NCBI GenBank assembly: GCA_964057225.1
Contig: OZ059895.1
Location: forward strand, 13,702,001-13,766,000
DNA length: 64,000 nucleotides
Source of the DNA: Auanema rhodensis
Taxonomy: Eukaryota; Animalia; Nematoda
Direction of reading: 5' to 3'
Made by a program: the position numbers and the translations under genes. Below the pieces are notes generated by a model. That model was not told where the DNA came from and made no database searches. It was given only the letters and a program-made list of their open reading frames with translations. Shown here in pieces: positions 60,201-64,000 of this stretch; position 1 is the first letter of the stretch, and the number at the start of each line of letters is the position of its first letter.

Positions 60201-63200
60201 TGAACTTTAAGTACTTTGTTTCCAATCTTTCAACGAAAGCAATCCAGGACGCAATAGCACCTTCTCCAACAGTAGTAGCTGCACGTAAAACAACCATAAG
60301 CTTATTGACAATCTAATTAATTATTCGAATTCTTGAAGAGTTACTTTATGAATTACCTGAGATACAAAGCTACTATCTAGAAGTCGGATAAATATTGCGA
60401 AGCTCGCCAGAAGAACATGTCGAAGCTCGTAGAACACATCATCAAACAGTGTTCTACGGAAGTGAAGTAAAAGTCCTAAATACTCACAGCTGAAAAAGTT
60501 ATTTAAGAAAAGCGAAAAGTATGATAAGAAAGCTCCTACTTCACTTTAATAACTTTAGTCAGTGTTAATGGAGGCTGTATTATATCCATATTAATGTCAA
60601 AAATTAACTCCAGGCATTTTTCTTGATCAATTGACAGCATATGAATTAAGAATAAATTACAGAAGTACCTTCTTTGATTGACTAGCATGCTCTTAAAATA
60701 ACTCAAACATTGTATATATGGAAAATGATATTCTCACAGTTTCAATACCACAATAATGTCGTACGAACAACAGTGAACGGTCACCATCATCAATTTTTTT
60801 CAATAAACGAAAAGATAGTAACGATGGAAAGAACTGTAAAAGACTTGGGGAAAAGTTTAAAAAATCAAAAAAGCTTACCTCGGTTCCTAACTGAGCCTGG
60901 CTAACATGAATATGCTCTCGAATTCTATCTAATATAATTTTAGAAACATTTTGTAAGGACTCATCAACCAAGAAAAAAGCTGGTATTAAGAACTTTCCGC
61001 AGGAAGCAATTAAGCTTAAATGATACTAATTTTAAAAAAAAGAAACAAAATAACATTCAAACTTTTCAACAGAATCGAATCCAAATAACTTTTGAGCAGT
61101 TACAAGAACATCATCAATAGCTACGTAAGCACTCTGAATCACATTATTTCCCCCTTCTAGCATAACACGCTGCACCGAAGAAACTAAATCGTTGGCGATT
61201 TCTTCACTGAGAACCTGGAAACAAATTGTTTATCAATAACACTAATGTTTCAAAATATAATATTTTAACTGTTTTCATAAAACTGTTATGAAACGTACCT
61301 GTACTTTTCGTTCAAATAATTGAACAATATCAATTTTACTAGATTGAGCCAGATCCCGGATCAAATTACGCATGGATGTAAATAATTCCTAAATCTTCAT
61401 TAATACAAGAAAATTGGAAATAACATTACTTTTGTTCCAAACTGTAATACCATACTAAAGTGATGTTGAAAAGCCAATAATCGAATATCATTGTGATAAG
61501 CCTCCCTGAAATTCAACATTACATCTTCAGCTCTAGTGGCTATCAAACTTGGCACAAAGGTACATGAATCGACACATGTGACTAGCAACCATCAAAGTTC
61601 TTTCTTCTTCATTAATATTTTCATACGCTAACAATTGAGACTTAATACTATTCAATATCAAATCAGATTGTTTAGAAGAAATAATCAATTTCAAAGGTAA
61701 TCTAAAAATATAAATAATTTCATGAAAAAAATGAATTTAAATCATACGTATATTCCATTATTAATTCTTCATCACATTCGCCCATAAGATTTAAGCTATT
61801 CTCTAAAACACGTATGTCAAAGCTATCGACACCACTACTATGACACATGCAACTGGATAGTAAAATGGCAGCTTCTGCAATATACTCAGTTGAGAAAAAT
61901 TGATAAATCAACTCACCCAATCTTGTATTCCTATCGAAATTCTTGAGGTTCTCCGCCCGGAATATCCTTTCAAGAAATGACATTAGTTTATCCGGTATCA
62001 AAAGTTGCGATTTTTGATCCAGTTGAACGCCATCTTGTTTCCCTAAGCGTAAAGCAATGCAGTGTTTACAATCCACCGAGTTAAAAGGTGCTTTAGCGTT
62101 CGGATGTGATGCGCAAACGCAGGACGCAAGAGCAGAAAGAATAGCTGACAGTTCAACAGGAGAATTAGGAGAATAATCCAAATCTAAAGTTGCAGAAACA
62201 AGTATTCCGAAAGATGACTGTTCAGAGACAGCTACAAAGGTTGCAATATTTGATAATGCTGCCTTAATGTTTTAGCAATAACGTACAAATAAGAAAACCA
62301 AACTTACTTGAACTAGACAACTACGATGACTTTGCAAAGCAGAGAGGAAAAGGGTTCGACGCCATTCCGAAAACCCTTTTAATAAAGCTAAGGGTGCTAA
62401 TGAACATTCTCTCAGATGATCATCTGATTAAAACAAAATTTAAGAATACCATAATAATAAAAATACTCAGAATATTTTGGCATTTTTTAGCCGTTTTAAT
62501 AAATTCTCGGAGAAGAGGAATAGAATTGAAATGTCTTTTAGCAGCTAGGATTAATTCAGGATCCTGAAATTAATTCTGAGATATAAGACTAGTACCAAAT
62601 ATACCGTTAACCATGGAAGTGAGAAAAAAGCAACTGCTAAAGAAGGAGCAAAGACATTTTCTTTTACAACGTCTCCAATCATTTCCAATAATGCACGAAA
62701 AAGATCTGGAGAGCTGTGAGTGCATGATTTTTCAAGCATCTGAAAAAATTATCTCTGTAAAAAAAACTTTTTTTTATTAACTTGAAGAAGGAAATTTTCG
62801 TCAGGCAGAACTTTAGCAAGCAATTCATCAGCTAAGGTATTGTGACACCTGGTCAATGCAGCCATGATGACCCTGCGAACTAATATAGATTCGACTAGTT
62901 TTTCTTCTCTAATAAGAGTACAAGTTTTTTTAAGAGTAATCCCACAGAGCCAATTGCAATACATTCTAAAAAAAATGTATAAAACCTATCATCCACTATG
63001 TATTACTTGGTTCCCGTCAACTTATCAATTGCTAGCATAAAGCACAAGTAAGGGACTAGTTGTTCAATCATTTCACTACCATCCGTATAAGACAAAACCG
63101 TGGAGATTAATTTCTGAGAAAAAAAAGGTGAAAGCATTATTTTCAAAAATAAACTTGTAATTCCTTCAAAATATCCTTAGTAAGTTCATGTTTACAAATA

Positions 63201-64000
63201 TCTTTAGTTTTTAAACGGCTTAGAATGAGGCAAATAACAGAGATCATCTTGACCAGACGTGCAGCTGAAATACGAAGTAATCACTTATTAATCATGTCAA
63301 GCTTACGTGGATTCACATGACCATTAGCAATTTCAATAAATTTTTTCCCCCATAATAAAACAGATTCCAAGTCAATATTTGCAAACGTTTTCTTTTTCTC
63401 AAAATTAGGAAGTTTATCAGCGAAAACCTAAAAAATGTTTTTTTTTTGAAAAAAGATGTGTAAACTCTAACACTGAAAAATGAATGATGAGCTTCTTGAA
63501 GACTTGTGGAATATGTCGATATTGTACTATTTTCAGCTAAATACGTTTCCACCTAAATGGTATACAAACATAAAAATATTTTCAGAAATACTGTACTTGT
63601 ATCATTCTGTCAATTAATAGCCGGCAAACCACCCAATTCCCAAGATCAAGACTGATTAGCTTTTGGAATATTAAAACACATAACTAAAATAGTAGATAAA
63701 CCATGTTTTGCATAAAAAAGAACTAACGGTACGAAGTTGAATACTATGAATATTGTAAATTTTCAACAACACTTGCCAAAATTTGAGTAAATGATATTTA
63801 GAAAGAGCTTCAAAATTAAAATCGCCATGAATAAACAAATATCTGCAAATAACAACATAGTTAGGTTTCAAAGTTGCCTGTAACATTATAGACTGATAAA
63901 TAGTAACGTCATTTCCTTTCAAACTGGATATTGGAATGTGAATGATGGGTTGATTACTACTGTTATCATCATTTAGAGAAAAAAATACTTTTTGAGCTCC
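54213..64000 (-). CDS. atl-1: ATR (PIKK) checkpoint kinase; 5' end probably beyond the window
   Basis: HEAT/UME region (AAKCLGRIGAVDPGRL), FAT (HALPRMLTLWLD, PQLISRIVHP), kinase (KSMQRPKKL...LMCKPGDELRKDARFM, GILEWI, GLGDRHGEN...HVDFNLIF, VPFRLT, FVHDPLVEW), FATC LMYIGWAPFM*. The motifs are ATR-type rather than ATM-type. Confidence 0.93.

Overview
Eukaryotic, very AT-rich DNA from a nematode, probably a clade V rhabditid. Genes are densely packed and split by many tiny introns (mostly about 41-55 nt). The window opens with the end of a 265-bp tandem satellite array (about 6.5 units) that flips into older, inverted copies. I reconstructed 13 spliced protein-coding genes by hand: a type II membrane sulfotransferase-like gene (-), snf-6, TMEM120, C1GALT1 (T-synthase), a sedoheptulokinase-like FGGY kinase, an unassigned Ser/Pro-rich gene, TMEM132, SETD3/set-27 (-), ubinuclein/pqn-80-like, epac-1 (with an intronic initiator tRNA-Met), a MADF-BESS factor, DDRGK1 (-), a short divergent STAR/KH gene, and ATR/atl-1 (-, running off the right edge, a 14th partial model). 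Orthology calls come from recognised motifs and recalled C. elegans proteins, not from database searches. The most unexplained signal is a roughly 360-nt GC-rich intergenic island at 47313-47673. It folds on the + strand into a closed multi-hairpin structure with a long-range pseudoknot and matches no RNA family I recognise. Other notable observations are the fold-back junction of the satellite, relaxed 3' splice sites (AAG/GAG) with GC-AG introns, and two uORFs whose stop codons overlap the main ATG.
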